DNA of 64,000 nt from Octopus bimaculoides (lineage: Eukaryota). The stretch covers positions 38,932,954 to 38,996,953 of the forward strand of contig NC_068996.1 of the NCBI RefSeq assembly GCF_001194135.2, given 5' to 3'. How positions within the stretch are numbered: position 1 is the first letter of the stretch; every line of letters begins with the position of its first letter. Positions 1 through 12,964 of this stretch are shown piece by piece. The translations under genes were made by a program, and so were the position numbers. Below the pieces are notes generated by a model. It was not told the DNA's origin. It saw nothing but the letters and a program-made list of their open reading frames with translations, and did not search any database.

Positions 1-62
1 TTGTTTGTTCTATTTGGAAAGTACTATGAGAAAATAAAATGTATGTGTATTTTATACTTTAG

Positions 63-97
63 GTGCAAAATTGTTAATTACAATCTCCTTTGTGGAG
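63..97 (+). other. Possible 35-nt internal exon of an upstream plus-strand gene
   Basis: tttatactttag acceptor and GAG|GTAAGA donor. Two frames are open and the product is not recognised. Confidence 0.25.
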
Positions 98-437
98 GTA
101 AGATTCAAATGAGTGATATTTTGAGATACAGTAACAATAGTTGTTATAAAAAGATCGTAGTAAATTAGAATGATTGTGTGCTGTGAAAACAGTGATATAT
201 ATATATACTTTATTTAAAAGCAGCAGAAATAAAGCACATTTTATGTGCTTACTCCGGTATATATATATAAATTGTAGTGCTGCTCATTAGTGTGCTTGCA
301 AATGATGGCCAAATATAGTTTTGATTAATTATGATTATTTGTTACATATTTGCACCTTTTACTCTTGTGATATTTTGTATCCACTTTAAAACCCTCTTAC
401 AGTTATTTGCGAATTTATTTTGCGTGCAGCATGTGTA

Positions 438-473
<36 letters not shown>

Positions 474-564
474 AATAAAAAAGAAGAAAATGCACAATTT
501 TTTATTGTAATTAATCAAATTATTGCAAAATATATTATTACATACCGGTTTCACTTCTAATGTA

Positions 565-1503
565 CAAGGTGCATTCCAGAAGTTTTGAAACTTTTTCAAG
601 AGAAACATTTATTGATTTCAAAGTTGGTTACTGTCACTTCAATGCATTTGTTGTAGTTCTCCAATCACTTCATGAACACCCAATGGAAGCCCTCCAAAGT
701 GAAGATGTCCAGGACACCTTGTCAAAGCCTCCTTCATCTTCATCTTTCGAAACAGCTGCCTTTGAGGTTCCCTTTCAACTTGAAGAACAGCCAAAAGTCA
801 CAGAGAGCAAGATCTGGATTGTAGGGGGGGAAGGTGAGGGACGGTTTTGATGCCTATCACTGTCAAGTAGTTGGTTAGCAGAATGGAATTATGACTGCTG
901 CATTGTCCAGGTGCCACTGGCCTGAGTGGAAGAGCTCTGACTTTTTGTAACAAATAAAATCTCGTCCTAAACTCTTAAAAAAACCTCCAAGTACTCTTAG
1001 TTGATCACCTGGCCCAAGGGAACCTAGTGGATGTAGATAATACCCTTACTATCAAAAAAGGGGGCTAATAATGAGCTTTCCACTGGACTTGCTTTGCCTG
1101 GCATTCTTGGGTTTGGGGGAGTCAGGATGCTTCCACTGGGCACTCTGTCTCTTGGTCTCTGGATCATATCAGTAGATCCAGCTTTTGTTACAAGTTACCA
1201 GAGACCCACGTACTCTTGGATTGGAGGTAACAAGCTAGACCATCTCCCTGTTGTCAACAACGAATCTTTCCTTCAGTTTATCATGAAGCACCCTGGAAAC
1301 AAAGTTTAGTAGGGTGTGTTCAAAGTGTTGTTACAACAATCTCCTTCAACCTGGAATAAAAGTTGGGGGGTGGGGAGGTCAGATTATATATACATATATT
1401 ATATAGTATATAATGATTTACTAAAATTACAATAATCCAGGACAATTATAATTGCTTCTCTTAAAAAAAATAAAAAGGTTCAAACCTTCTAGAATGTACC
1501 TTG
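565..1503 (-). mobile_element. Degenerate, internally deleted mariner (Tc1/mariner) transposon
   Basis: Matching TIRs of about 27 bp (caaggtgcattccagaagttttgaaac and gttcaaaccttctagaatgtaccttg) with TA on both sides. The minus strand encodes broken transposase motifs YDPETKRQSAQW, FFDSKGII and YNPDLALCDFWLF. Confidence 0.88.
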
Positions 1504-1635
1504 TACCTGATTATCAAGTATCAGAAATGAAACAAGTATGTAAGAACATTTTGGAATAATTTATTTACATTACAAAAGGAATTGTTAATTTTCTTTTTAT
1601 TTTCTACCTTGTGACTTGTGTAAAATATTTTAAGC

Positions 1636-1676
<41 letters not shown>

Positions 1677-3642
1677 AAATACTAACATTTATTTGACTGA
1701 GCTTCCACATTTTTTTTTAATCTATCTAATGTCTTCATCTGAAATATTGATGGGGGAGTGACAGTGGCATAAATCACAGGTGATTCCAATATTCTATTAC
1801 TACATAAGAAATAAACTCACATTTAATTTATTTGAATACATTTAGAACCATTTCGACAGCACTGTGTTAATCATATAACATAGAACTAGACATGCCTCAA
1901 CAGAGGCTGCTGGTCTGACTTATAGTTTTATTAGTTAATTTTTTTTTTTTTTTTTCTTTTCAACTACAAGAGGGAACAGGAAGTCAATGGCCCTTTTAGT
2001 ACACCAAAAATTTATACATCTTAGATAAATCAATGAAGCTCCCGAACAGTTTATAAATTTCTTGGAGAGAAATGAACATCTTCCAGATTGATTATAGGAG
2101 GATATGAAACAAACTTGTTCTGATTCCTTATTTGTCTGTTATATTATGAAAGTTGTCACTAACCATGCAATAAAAACTGATGTTGCTTAAGCCAGTTATA
2201 TCTATTTGAGCTAATAATTGTGATCAGGCATATAGATGTGATGGTATAACTGTACTGGGTACGTTTAAAAAGTATATTTTCAGATTTCAGTTCTAGGTAT
2301 GTTGTTTCAATAATACCATTAATGTTCTTAAGAGCGGTGGACTTTAATCCTGAAGGAAGTAACCAACATTTAAGTCTGTAGGGCTAATCACTTAGTTACA
2401 TTTTTCATTAATAATGTTTTAAAAATTTGAATATCTTATGGGAATAAGATGACTTAGTGAAATTACTAATTCTGGGTAGTAAGTGTCTTATACAAATACA
2501 TTTATTGTTTGTTAATGCATCTACTAAGTTACCATAAAATTCCATAGAACTCTGAATAGCTGAGTTTGTTTAGAGTAAAACAAAGGGGGCGACTACTCAA
2601 GTTTAAGTGGAATATGCATATCTACAGCTTGTTCCATAACTGCACTGATATTAGTGACACATTGGATGAAATAAATGCTACAAACTACTTGATAACTGAA
2701 ACAGGTAATGTGATTTTGAGAAAAAACTTCAGCCTTATTTGCTAAAGGTTTTACTCCTGTTAACTAAAGAAACCATTATAACAGTGCTATGAGAATATTG
2801 ATATGTTAAATTCTTACCCTTGAGATTTTAAGAGCAAATCCTACTACATAAAAATACAAACATAATACAACACTAACTTCTTTTCCTTTTCTCTTATGAC
2901 CTCACCAAAAGTTAGCTTAATTTAGTGTTGATCCTTTTGGAAAAGAAGTTAATTTTCAATTACCCCTATGTATAGCTATTTGGGATATTTTTTTTTTAAG
3001 TAGGTGTACAAAAAGGATGATATTCAGAATAAAAGCTATTTTGGCATCAAAAATAATCTAGTTAAGCCTATTTTATTAGGACATATTTTTGTTTAAAATC
3101 TTCCTAGTGGATAATACCCACATCATAAAAAAAATTAAAACTCTCAAAACCGTTTTTCTTCTTAAATTGGAAAAAGCTGTTTTTTCCAATGATCACCAGC
3201 AACTGTACTTAAAATTTCAGTACATATTTCCAACCATATATTTGTATGCCTACTATATCCTTATAATTTATTTTTGTATGTATTCACAGCATACCTGGTT
3301 TATTTTTTTTTAAAGGAAAAAAAAAAAAATTACTAGCATTTCAATCCAGTTCTTTTTTTATTGTAATGTTTAAACCTTTTTTTTTTTTCCATTTTTTTTT
3401 TAATGGCTTGTACACATGCTTTTTATAAGAAATGTACTTCAACAAAAAGAATCTGATGCATTAAAGTTCCTTTATTTGTCTTAGATCCTTAATTATTATA
3501 ATTATTACTAACACTATCTTAATTGGTCCGTTTCCTCTTTGAAAACATATCACTTAAGAAAGTCATTCACATCACAAAATATGGTTTCCTAGTATTAAAA
3601 TCTGGAGCTTTATGCCACAAAAGAAATTATTACCAGAATCAG

Positions 3643-4457
3643 NNNNNNNNNNNNNNNNNNNNNNNNNNNNNNNNNNNNNNNNNNNNNNNNNNNNNNNNNN
3701 NNNNNNNNNNNNNNNNNNNNNNNNNNNNNNNNNNNNNNNNNNNNNNNNNNNNNNNNNNNNNNNNNNNNNNNNNNNNNNNNNNNNNNNNNNNNNNNNNNNN
3801 NNNNNNNNNNNNNNNNNNNNNNNNNNNNNNNNNNNNNNNNNNNNNNNNNNNNNNNNNNNNNNNNNNNNNNNNNNNNNNNNNNNNNNNNNNNNNNNNNNNN
3901 NNNNNNNNNNNNNNNNNNNNNNNNNNNNNNNNNNNNNNNNNNNNNNNNNNNNNNNNNNNNNNNNNNNNNNNNNNNNNNNNNNNNNNNNNNNNNNNNNNNN
4001 NNNNNNNNNNNNNNNNNNNNNNNNNNNNNNNNNNNNNNNNNNNNNNNNNNNNNNNNNNNNNNNNNNNNNNNNNNNNNNNNNNNNNNNNNNNNNNNNNNNN
4101 NNNNNNNNNNNNNNNNNNNNNNNNNNNNNNNNNNNNNNNNNNNNNNNNNNNNNNNNNNNNNNNNNNNNNNNNNNNNNNNNNNNNNNNNNNNNNNNNNNNN
4201 NNNNNNNNNNNNNNNNNNNNNNNNNNNNNNNNNNNNNNNNNNNNNNNNNNNNNNNNNNNNNNNNNNNNNNNNNNNNNNNNNNNNNNNNNNNNNNNNNNNN
4301 NNNNNNNNNNNNNNNNNNNNNNNNNNNNNNNNNNNNNNNNNNNNNNNNNNNNNNNNNNNNNNNNNNNNNNNNNNNNNNNNNNNNNNNNNNNNNNNNNNNN
4401 NNNNNNNNNNNNNNNNNNNNNNNNNNNNNNNNNNNNNNNNNNNNNNNNNNNNNNNNN
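3643..4457. other. Assembly gap (largest of about 13 N-runs)
   Basis: N characters. Other long gaps near 18669, 28681, 29847, 33796, 36600 and 37512. The long X-rich ORFs in the track are artefacts of these. Confidence 0.99.
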
Positions 4458-4502
4458 CCCTTGTGGCAAAATTTTAAACGATTATTATTATTAAATTTTC
4501 AA

Positions 4503-6090
4503 AGATGGCAAGCTAGCAGAATCATTAGCACACCAGGCAAAATGCTAAGTGGTATTTTGTTTGTCTTTATGTCCTGAGTTCAAATGCCACTGAGGTCAAG
4601 AAAATAAGTACCAGTTGAGCACTGGAAACAGTTTAATCGACTTAATCCTTGCCCCTAAATTGCTGGCCTTGTGCCAAAATTTGAAATTATCATCATCATT
4701 ATTATTATTACTACTACTACTAAGGCGGCAAGCTGGCAGAAATGTTAGCACGACAAAGTGCCTACCAGTATTTCTCCTATCGCTACGTTCTGAGTTCAAA
4801 TTCCATCAAGGTCAACTTTGCCTTTTATCCTTTCAGAGTCAATAAATTACATACCAGTTGCATACTGGGGGTCAATCTAATCGACTGGTCCCCTCCCCAA
4901 AAATTTCAGGTCTTGTGCCTAGAGTAGAAAGGAATAAATTATGTACCAGTTGAACACTGGGATAGATGTAATCAACTAGTTCCCTCCCCCAAAATGGCTG
5001 TCTTTGTGGAAAAATTTGAAACCATGATTATTATTATTATTAGTAAGGTGGCAAGCTGGCAGAACTGTTAGCATGCTGGGCGAAATACTCAGCGGTACTT
5101 TGTCTGCCGTTATGTTCTGAGTTCAAATTCCGCCAAGGTCAACTTTGCCTTTCATTCTTTTGAGGTCGATAAATTAAGTACCAGTTATGCACTGGAGTCG
5201 ATGTAATCGACTTAATCCCTTTGTCTATCCTTGTTTGTCCCCTCTATGTTTAGCCCCTTGTGGGCAATAAAGAAATAAGAACTGTTAGTATGCTGGGCAA
5301 AATGCTTAGCAGCATTTTGTTTATCTTTATGTTCTGAGTTCAAATTCCGCTGAAGTTGATTTTGCCTTTCATCCTTTTGGGGTCGATAAAATAAGTACCA
5401 GTTGAACACTGGAGTTCATGTAATCAACTTACCCCCCACTCTGAAACTGCTGGCCTTGTGCCCAAATTTGAAGCCATTAAGATGGCGAAAGCGTTGAGCT
5501 GGCAGAATCATTAGCACACCAGGCAAAATGCTTAGCGGTATTTCATCTGTCCTTACGTTCTGAGTTCAAATTCCACCAGGGTCGACTTTGCCTTTCATCC
5601 TTTCATGGTTGATGAATTAAGTATCATGGAACATTAGAGGTTGATGTAATTGACTAGTCCCCTCCCCTCCCCCTTGCGCCTTTAATAGAAAGAATTAAGG
5701 TGGTGAGCTGGCAGAATTGTTAGCACTCTGGACAATGCTTAGTGACATTTCTTTTGACTTTACATTTTGTGTTCAAATGCCACCAAGGTTTAATTTGGCT
5801 TCCATCCTTTTGAGGTCAATAAAATACCAGTTAAGCTCTGGAGTCAGTGTAATTAACTGGCCTTTCCCACCAAATTTCAGGCTTGTGCTTATAGTAGAAA
5901 AAATTACAGATACACATTGGATTGGTAGTTGATGGGGTGGGGTAAAGCATTGGACAAAATGCCTTGCGATATTTGTTACTTTACATTCTGAATTCAAGTC
6001 CTGCCGAAGTCATCTCTGTCTTTAAGTCCTTCTGGGATTGATAGAAGAGAGTACCAGTGATGTCAGCTTGACAACCTCTTCCAACCAAAT
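4503..6090 (+). repeat. Head-to-tail cluster of about 7-8 tRNA-derived SINE copies (ggtgagctggcagaa..gttctgagttcaaattcc family, (ATT)n tails)
   Basis: Recurring head near 4503, 4722, 5044, 5278, 5495, 5697 and 5940. Same family at 30125-30340 (+), 44520-44965 (-, two copies) and 61920-62095 (-). Confidence 0.85.
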
Positions 6091-6719
6091 TTTAAAAAAA
6101 TAATATTTCTCTCACACAAAAAGAGTTATGTTCAATACAATGTTGGAACTAACAGATACAGAACACACACTTCCCAAGCCTTTCCTGATAACATCAATTT
6201 TTTTTTTTTTTTTTTGGTATTACTTTGGAGAACAGGGCAGTGTTCAAAGCCATTGCACATCCTCTCAAACATTGCCACCACAAAAATCAAATTTCTAATC
6301 TGATCAACTATTTAACAAGAAAAAGAGAGAAAGAAAATTCTATATTTGTATCAAAGAATCAAGAGAGTTACAGAAAAACGTATCTTTCTGGAAGGAAAAA
6401 GAAATTCTGTATTTTTTAACTTCTCCATCTTGATCAGTATTTTGAAGCAAGGACATTTATTTTATATCCATTTTATTTATTTCTTGCATGGGTATGACAG
6501 GTCTTCTCCAGCACTGCATCTTATTTGTTGTTGTTTTTTGTTATTTTTTTTGTGAGGTTCAGTCTTCCAAAATCAGCTTTTACAAGTTCTTCTTCTATTG
6601 CACTTCTTTGTCTAACTATCATCATTCATATGCAGCACATATCCATACCAACACAATTTACACACTGCATCTCATTCCTTTTAATGACCCAGTTTTTCCT
6701 CTCAGCTCGTTATTTCACA

Positions 6720-7210
6720 ACCCATACTCGCATGGAAAGCGGACGTTAAACGATGATGATGATGATGATGATGATGATTACATATCCAGCAGAGCATGCT
6801 CACCTCGCCTCATTTCTTTCTAGCTGTCACATATCCCCCACACATTCAATTCCAATGTTTCATAGCCATGCAATATTGCACTTCATCCACAAGAATCACA
6901 CAATCTAGTCTTCGTTTAAAGAGAAACTCTTATTCTTGCCAGCAGAAGCAATAGCTCTCTGAATTTTTTCCCCATCTTATTCCGACTACTTTGCTTATGG
7001 AACACCCATCACCAATACTTACTAGGTGACAGAAACCATCAAGTACTTCTTGGTAAACCTTTCGATGTCTTTCCCCAAATCTACAAATCCTAGGTATAGT
7101 ACCTTTTCCAGTAGTTGCAAAGAATTTCTTTTATAATTACCTCTAAGAAAAGATTTCCTAGTCCTAAGATGGTTCCTAATCCTGGCACGTACCCTTCTGA
7201 ATCTCTTTCC
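6720..7210 (-). mobile_element. RTE LINE remnant (RT fragment joined to 3' tail)
   Basis: Carries the gcatggaaagcggacgttaaacgatgatgat-type tail in minus orientation, plus degenerate LYLGFVDL and WxKFRELLxLL-like coding remnants. Confidence 0.6.
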
Positions 7211-9350
7211 TATCAGCTGTGATGCTACTGTATATTTTTAAATTAAGAAAACTTTTTTTACCTACTGGGTTTTATGGAAGGGATAGTGCTTATAGCCTTA
7301 GCAGGTCTTCTTGAAACCAGTGAGAATGATGCTACTAATGTTCTTCTGTTTAAACTGTTGTAAGTTAATAGCTGAGAGCTGAGATTTATGGAGTGGTGAA
7401 CAGGTGCAGTACAGTGGAGAGAGAAGTCAATTGAGAATGCTTGAGTGGAGGAAGTATAAAATCAGCCAACTTTAAGGAGTAAAGGCCATAAATATTAACA
7501 GGCCATTGATTTGATTCTTATTTAATTGCTTCTTTCTAGAATATTTGCTTCATTCTTGCAACAGTTATGATGTATTAACTGCACCGGTAAAATGGAATAC
7601 AAGCAATTGTCATTCTGATGTTCAGTACTGTTTCCTATTTTGGCAGATATTTTTAGTATCTTTATAACAGCCAAACTGTCCTCATATCCTTCATGGCCCT
7701 TTTAACTATAACTCAACTTCAATAAGTGGAGCCTCTGCTGAATGCACTAGTCAATTTCTCCTCATGCATTCTCATTCAGCGATCTCTTGCAGTAGCACAG
7801 AAATGCTGCTGCAATGTGTTTCTTCTCAGTGGCAGCAAATGCATGGCTACAATTATAACTTATATTTAAAAAGAAAATGTTAAGTAAATTACTTGCATTG
7901 TCCACCCATATTTTTTTTAAACTCCCATAATTGTATTTAAAAAAAACCCACTCTGCAGCATAGTTACAAGCAGATATCTAAAGTGTATAATAAATAACTA
8001 GACTGAGTATAACTTTAATCAATGAGTTAATTCTCTCAGAAGACAAAAAGAAAAAAAACAATCTCCAATTATTTATATAAAATTTTACGACATTCTGATG
8101 TTAATATTATTTCAAATGCTTATCTGCCTTAAAAAAATACAATCTAAATAAGAAGTAATTGTTTAGGGACAATGTTTTAAACAATCAAATGATTATCAAA
8201 GATGATAATGATGAATGTTATTATTTTCTGTTTCATTAGGAGAAAAAAATATAGTGAAATGACTGAATCCTACTGTCTTATGAAACTTCTTTTACTGGAC
8301 CCAGAAGACTGAAAAGCAAAGTCATCTTTAGTGGGATCAAGATTATTTGACTTCCTAGAAAAAGTATCGAATTTCCTTCAAACCACATCTATTTTGTGAA
8401 TAAAAATGTACACAGATGGATCAAAAAAACAAAAAGAGAAGGTGGAACAAGGCACTAATCCATGAAATACCAACAGTGAAACTGGCAACTGAAACAGACA
8501 ATAATGCAACCAAAAGCACCATTAAGGATATGAAGTCAGAGAACGTAGTTGAACTACCAAGTTTAATTACTAAGATGCTGAGAAATGAATAGAAATTTTT
8601 TCATCTGGTATCTGCTTCTTCAGGGTTGAATGACAGCTATGTAAAGCATGATGCCAGACTTATTGTTTTAGACATCTTCAGCAGCTTAATATATTGTATG
8701 TGATAATGGTAGGAAATCAAAAACAGCTCAAGAGAAATTAAAATAAATTAATTCATGAAGTTTTCATTTACAGATGAGAAAATTAGATCTAAATTTTGAA
8801 TAATTTTGTGAGAAAGCATTTATGAAATAAACACTCTCCACACACAAGCTGCTGAGATTTTAAGACCTTGTCCATTGTCTGTCTTTACACCTTGGTAATG
8901 TAATCCAAAAGAAAAGTGCAAAAGGAATTCTTGGCAGAGTGATTGAAATTAAAAGTTTCATAACCATTGGAGACAACCATACTTTCAAGAATGGGATATG
9001 AAATTATAAATAAGCTATTGTCACCAGCTATACTCTCTCTTCAGAGTCATTGTCATCATTTTAGCATCCACTTATCCGTGCTTGAATGGGTCAGTTGAGG
9101 CTGATTTTCTAAAGCTAGAAGTCGTTTCTGTTGTCAACCCTTATTCATTTCCAAGCAAATTAATTTTCCCATGGCCTGATGTGTTTTTTCATGGAAGACT
9201 GAAAGCACAAACTTTGGTTATATGACAGTGATACATCTTTACAACCATCATGTGATGGCAAGGCAAAGGTACACACAAACACAACTGGCTTCTTCCAGTT
9301 TAATGTCTACTAAATCCACTCCCAAGGCTTTGGTTGGCCTGGGGCTATAG

Positions 9351-9689
9351 ATGATTACAGGTACATTCACTACCATCAATTCACCATGGGGAAATTTTAC
9401 TAAGAAAATATATCTATATTATCTCACCATTAATAGTTAAATAGTAAAAACTATTTTATCAAAAAAAAAAAAAGACAGTAAATTGATTGCGGTGGACTTC
9501 TCCTGTGATGAATTGATGACAGTGGACTTCCCCTGTGGTGAATTGATGACGGTGGACTTCCGCTGTGGTAAAATGATGACGGCGGACTACCCCTGTGGTG
9601 AATTGATGATAGTGGACTTCTCCTGGAATGAATTGATGACAGTGGACTTCACTGCAGTGAATTGATTATGGCGGACTTACTGTACATGG
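9351..9689. mobile_element. MITE-like insertion with a 30-bp tandem array, inside a SINE
   Basis: Six copies plus a partial of aattgatgacagtggacttcccctgtggtg at 9481-9680, and one inverted unit at about 9361-9400. Both ends start TACAG. It splits SINE sequence ggctatag|tagaagac. Confidence 0.6.
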
Positions 9690-9871
9690 TAGAAGACACA
9701 TGCCAAAGGTGCTGCACAGTGAAACTGAAATCAAGACCACATGGTTGAGAAGTAAGCTTCTTAACCACACAGCCATGTTTGCTTCTATATCATAGTCATG
9801 CTTGTTTGTATGCATTTCATAAACAAATGCACATTACATAGAAAAAGTACATGTCAAAGAAAATTCTATTC

Positions 9872-9877
9872 TTTATT
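9872..9877 (-). terminator. Candidate polyadenylation signal of VAMP7
   Basis: AATAAA on the minus strand about 210 nt after the stop codon. Usage not shown. Confidence 0.4.
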
Positions 9878-10086
9878 TTGCAGTAAATTTAGTGAAAAAG
9901 ATTCAAAAATATATATATGTTATCTCAAGTAGAAATTAAATGAAATTAGATACAGAGAGAAAGAGTAGGAAATACTTGTATTCTTATTTGAAAACGTCCA
10001 TAGGGTAAATATATGGCTATTTGTGTCTGTGTTCCACAATAACTACAACAGGCTGTAAATGGTCATTTGGACTTTCATGTCCATTA

Positions 10087-10152
10087 TTAGTTCCTGGTAC
10101 ATGGCCAATCAAGTCCACCACATGTAATCGATATTATCAGGTACAAAACAAC
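10087..10152 (-). CDS. VAMP7: VAMP7 coding exon 8 (VVLYLIISITCGGLDWPCTRN*)
   Basis: tttgcag acceptor. TM end plus the CGGxxWP tail typical of VAMP7. TAA at 10089-10087. The CDS totals 660 nt (219 aa plus stop). Confidence 0.95.
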   Translation of the reverse strand, partial: VVLYLIISITCGGLDWPCTRN

Positions 10153-10357
10153 CTGCAAATACAAATAAATAAATCAGTAAAAAGAAAGACGTTTCTTATT
10201 CATATTTTACAAAAAGGATAAGAAACGTAAAACAGTTACAAATACATCTCAGTTTTGATCTACATATTCACCTTCACACACACACACACACATATAAGAT
10301 AAAACATACTTGAAAATGGATGCATGGCATTCAATCATATAATAATATACGCACATA

Positions 10358-10529
10358 GGCGTAGGAGTGGCTGTGTGGTAAGTAGCTTGCTTCCCAACCA
10401 CATGGTTCCGGGTTCAGTCCCACTGCATGGCACCTTGGGCAAATGTCTTCTATAGCCTCGGACCGACCAAAGCCTTGTGAGTGGACTTGGTAGACGGAAA
10501 CTGAAAGAAGCCTGTCGTATATATGTATG

Positions 10530-10598
<69 letters not shown>

Positions 10599-10736
10599 TT
10601 GTCCCCCCCAACATCGCTTGACAACCGATGCTGGTATGTTTACATCCCCGTAACTTAGCAGTTCGGCAACATGGACCGATAGAATAAGTCCTGGGGTTGA
10701 TTTGCTCGACTAAAGGCGGTGCTCCAAAGTAAAAGA
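10358..10736 (+). mobile_element. tRNA-derived CORE-like SINE with internal (TA)n(TG)n microsatellite (representative copy)
   Basis: A box tggctgtgtgg, B box ggttcagtcc, CORE-like ccttgggcaa, microsatellite, conserved tail. Other copies (approx.): 13484-13880-, 18439-18946-, 30950-31375-, 32970-33197-, 37367-38090+, 38540-38860-, 45675-46045+, 50055-50410-, 52670-53055-, 57280-57640+, 59155-59450+, 59900-60290-, 62255-62710-. Confidence 0.88.
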
Positions 10737-11650
10737 GTACATGCACATATATACACACACACACACATCACTATAATTCTGCCCTACTTATGCTGAATTT
10801 CCCTCCTCCTGTCCTCCGCATATGACAGTAAGTAGACAGCAGTGAACATTCATCAAACTAAACTCCTGATCTATATATACATGCATAGAAATATATATTT
10901 TTATTTTTCTCTCAGATTTAAGAACTATGTTAGTTCGTAGTTGTTTTTGTAAACAAACTTTCATGTGCTTTTACTGCAAATGGTTTTGTTAAGCAGTGTC
11001 GAGTTTTACAATTCTGTAAATAATAATAATAGTATTTTATAAGCTTGAAGCTTATAGTGACTGCACAGTGACTAAAGAAAATAGTCTAATAATAGGGCAT
11101 ATAAGCCCTCGACAGAAAAAAATAGGTTTTCCCATACGCGTGGGGCTCTAGAATTTTCTAGACAGTGGAGACTTTAATAATTGCTTACTTTTAGTAAAAG
11201 TTACATAGACTCCTAACTAATTATTAAGCAGTTTTCCTTACTGTAGTGTAGATACAGACAAGAAAGGTCTCTTAGTCCAACCAGGCAGGTCTTCTAATGT
11301 CAATGATAGATATAACCAGTCTATTCTGCTAATGACTGGTAACAGGAAAAAAAGCTGCTTTCAATCAGCAAGTACACTGAAGTGTAACAAACTGTTTTAA
11401 CAAGACTAACACTCATCGTGTTAGTACTCCACACAATAAGAGTAGTGCCAAGTGCAGGCACCCAGTGTCTGTGATTCAGTAATCTCACTGCCACCTATGA
11501 CAACTTTCTATCTCTCAGGTTCATTCTTACATAGGTCAGCCACTATTAATGTTGACACAATAAAAACTAAATCTGGTGAAATATATTTAACACATTGAAT
11601 CATTCAATAACAAAAATAAAGAAAAACAAGAACGTTTTGATTTAACTTAC

Positions 11651-11743
11651 CACAATGACAATAAATATTAAAATGCAAATCTTTACATTTTTCCGCCACA
11701 GTGATCTAGCAAGATTGACACTGGATTTCTTAAAAGATACTGA
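11651..11743 (-). CDS. VAMP7: VAMP7 coding exon 7 (SVSFKKSSVNLARSLWRKNVKICILIFIVIV)
   Basis: 93 nt, ctaacag acceptor and GTAAGT donor. Encodes the SNARE end and the start of the TM helix. Confidence 0.95.
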
Positions 11744-11814
11744 CTGTTAGGAAATAAGAGAGAAAGTATATTGTAAGTACGTGTTTAGACATGTATATAT
11801 ATGTATATATATAT

Positions 11815-12110
11815 TTTACGGAAATGTACTTACATAGCAAGTGACTTGGCCTGAGATGGTGTGCTGAAACAAAAACAACTGCAGTGTGGAAGATACTTGT
11901 AAGCCATTCAAGAACTCACAAAAACCATTTGTTTCACTTCAATATTTAATTTAGCATCAAGTTTTGTCAGTGAACAGGTTGCAGTTTTAAAACAATGAAA
12001 ATACTTTGACACAAATAAGAATTAAATGCTGAAGTGAAACTAATTGTTCTTGTGTGTTCTTGAATGGCTTACAAATATCTTCCACACTGCAATTGTTTAT
12101 ATGTATTTTG
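11815..12110. mobile_element. Palindromic MITE (Tc1/mariner-like)
   Basis: Imperfect inverted repeat with arms at about 11875-11950 and 12020-12097. A related half-copy lies at about 24350-24560. Confidence 0.7.
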
Positions 12111-12122
12111 ACTTAAATAAAA

Positions 12123-12159
<37 letters not shown>

Positions 12160-12161
<2 letters not shown>

Positions 12162-12440
12162 TCCACTACCCCTTTTCTTCTAAACCTTCCAGGTTTGTCA
12201 TTCTTGCTTTTATAGCCCCCTCTACAAAACCGTTCCATAACCACATCATCCCTGGTCTGGCTAGGACTTCACACCAACCATAGATTTGGTCTATAGCTCC
12301 CTGTAAGTTGTGCTGTAGGAACTTCCAGGTGTCTTCTATGCTATACATTTTAAACTCCTTTTCACCAGAAGCTTCAATTAGAATGTTTCTGAATTTCTCA
12401 TTGTTAGCTGGGCCTTTGAGTTTCCATACCACTTTTTTTT
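12160..12440 (-). mobile_element. Old LINE (RTE-like) ORF2 C-terminal remnant
   Basis: ARPGMMWLWNGFVEGAIKARMTNLEGL resembles the RTE GRPRxRWLD C-terminus. Confidence 0.4.
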
Positions 12441-12768
12441 TTCAGACTGGCTAGTTTCTTTGAGTCCTTCTACCTCTACATCTGAAGTTCTAGCCACTAA
12501 CTTATGCTGGGTTGTTTACATTTTTTGCCTTGGGAAGACTATCCCTCAAAAGATTTTAACACAGTTGTATCAAACACAAAACTCAAAACCATAAGTCGTG
12601 AAGCAAACATATCTACACAGCCTTGCTTTGGTCTAAATATAAGCTAAAAAATCTAGAACAATAGTTACAAGTGAAATCAGCAGCTCAGAAAATAGCTTAC
12701 ATTTCTAAGGTAAACAAAAAATAATAAAAGACAAACTGTGGTTCAGAAAATAGCTTACATTTCTAATT

Positions 12769-12800
<32 letters not shown>

Positions 12801-12964
12801 AACAAAAAAAGTGAAACAATGTAATTTCTTGTGAGATTTAGTAAGACATTATTTGCTGTTGAAAGTAACACATCAACAAGGTTAAGATTGGCTGTATTTA
12901 TAACAGCTACATTTTGTTATTTTGAATGCTATGTGGTTAAAGTACAACAGATCAAACTACTTAC

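Noticed and set aside
560-850. 96-aa plus-strand ORF
   Set aside because: It is antisense to the mariner transposase remnant and begins inside its TIR.
3523-4577. Long ORFs of 276-323 aa, and similar ones at 18.5, 28.5, 29.7, 33.7, 36.2 and 37.4 kb
   Set aside because: They are read-through of N gaps and (TA)n/(CA)n tracts and contain no real coding content.
8440-9000. Coding-looking repeat-poor stretch
   Set aside because: Stops occur in the frames I read and no motif was recognisable. It may be an ancient transposase relic but cannot be supported.
9483-9665. ORF with repeating MTVDFPCGEL decapeptide
   Set aside because: A by-product of a 30-bp tandem repeat, with no splice or start context.
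11504-11572. Apparent alternative VAMP7 terminal exon (LVFIVSTLIVADLCKNEPER*)
   Set aside because: It needs a phase-1 donor, but the exon-7 donor is phase 0 and gives I-stop. The canonical last exon is at 10087-10152.
12686-12766. 23-bp direct repeat cagaaaatagcttacatttctaa
   Set aside because: The enclosed sequence has no element features, so it is most likely a small local duplication.
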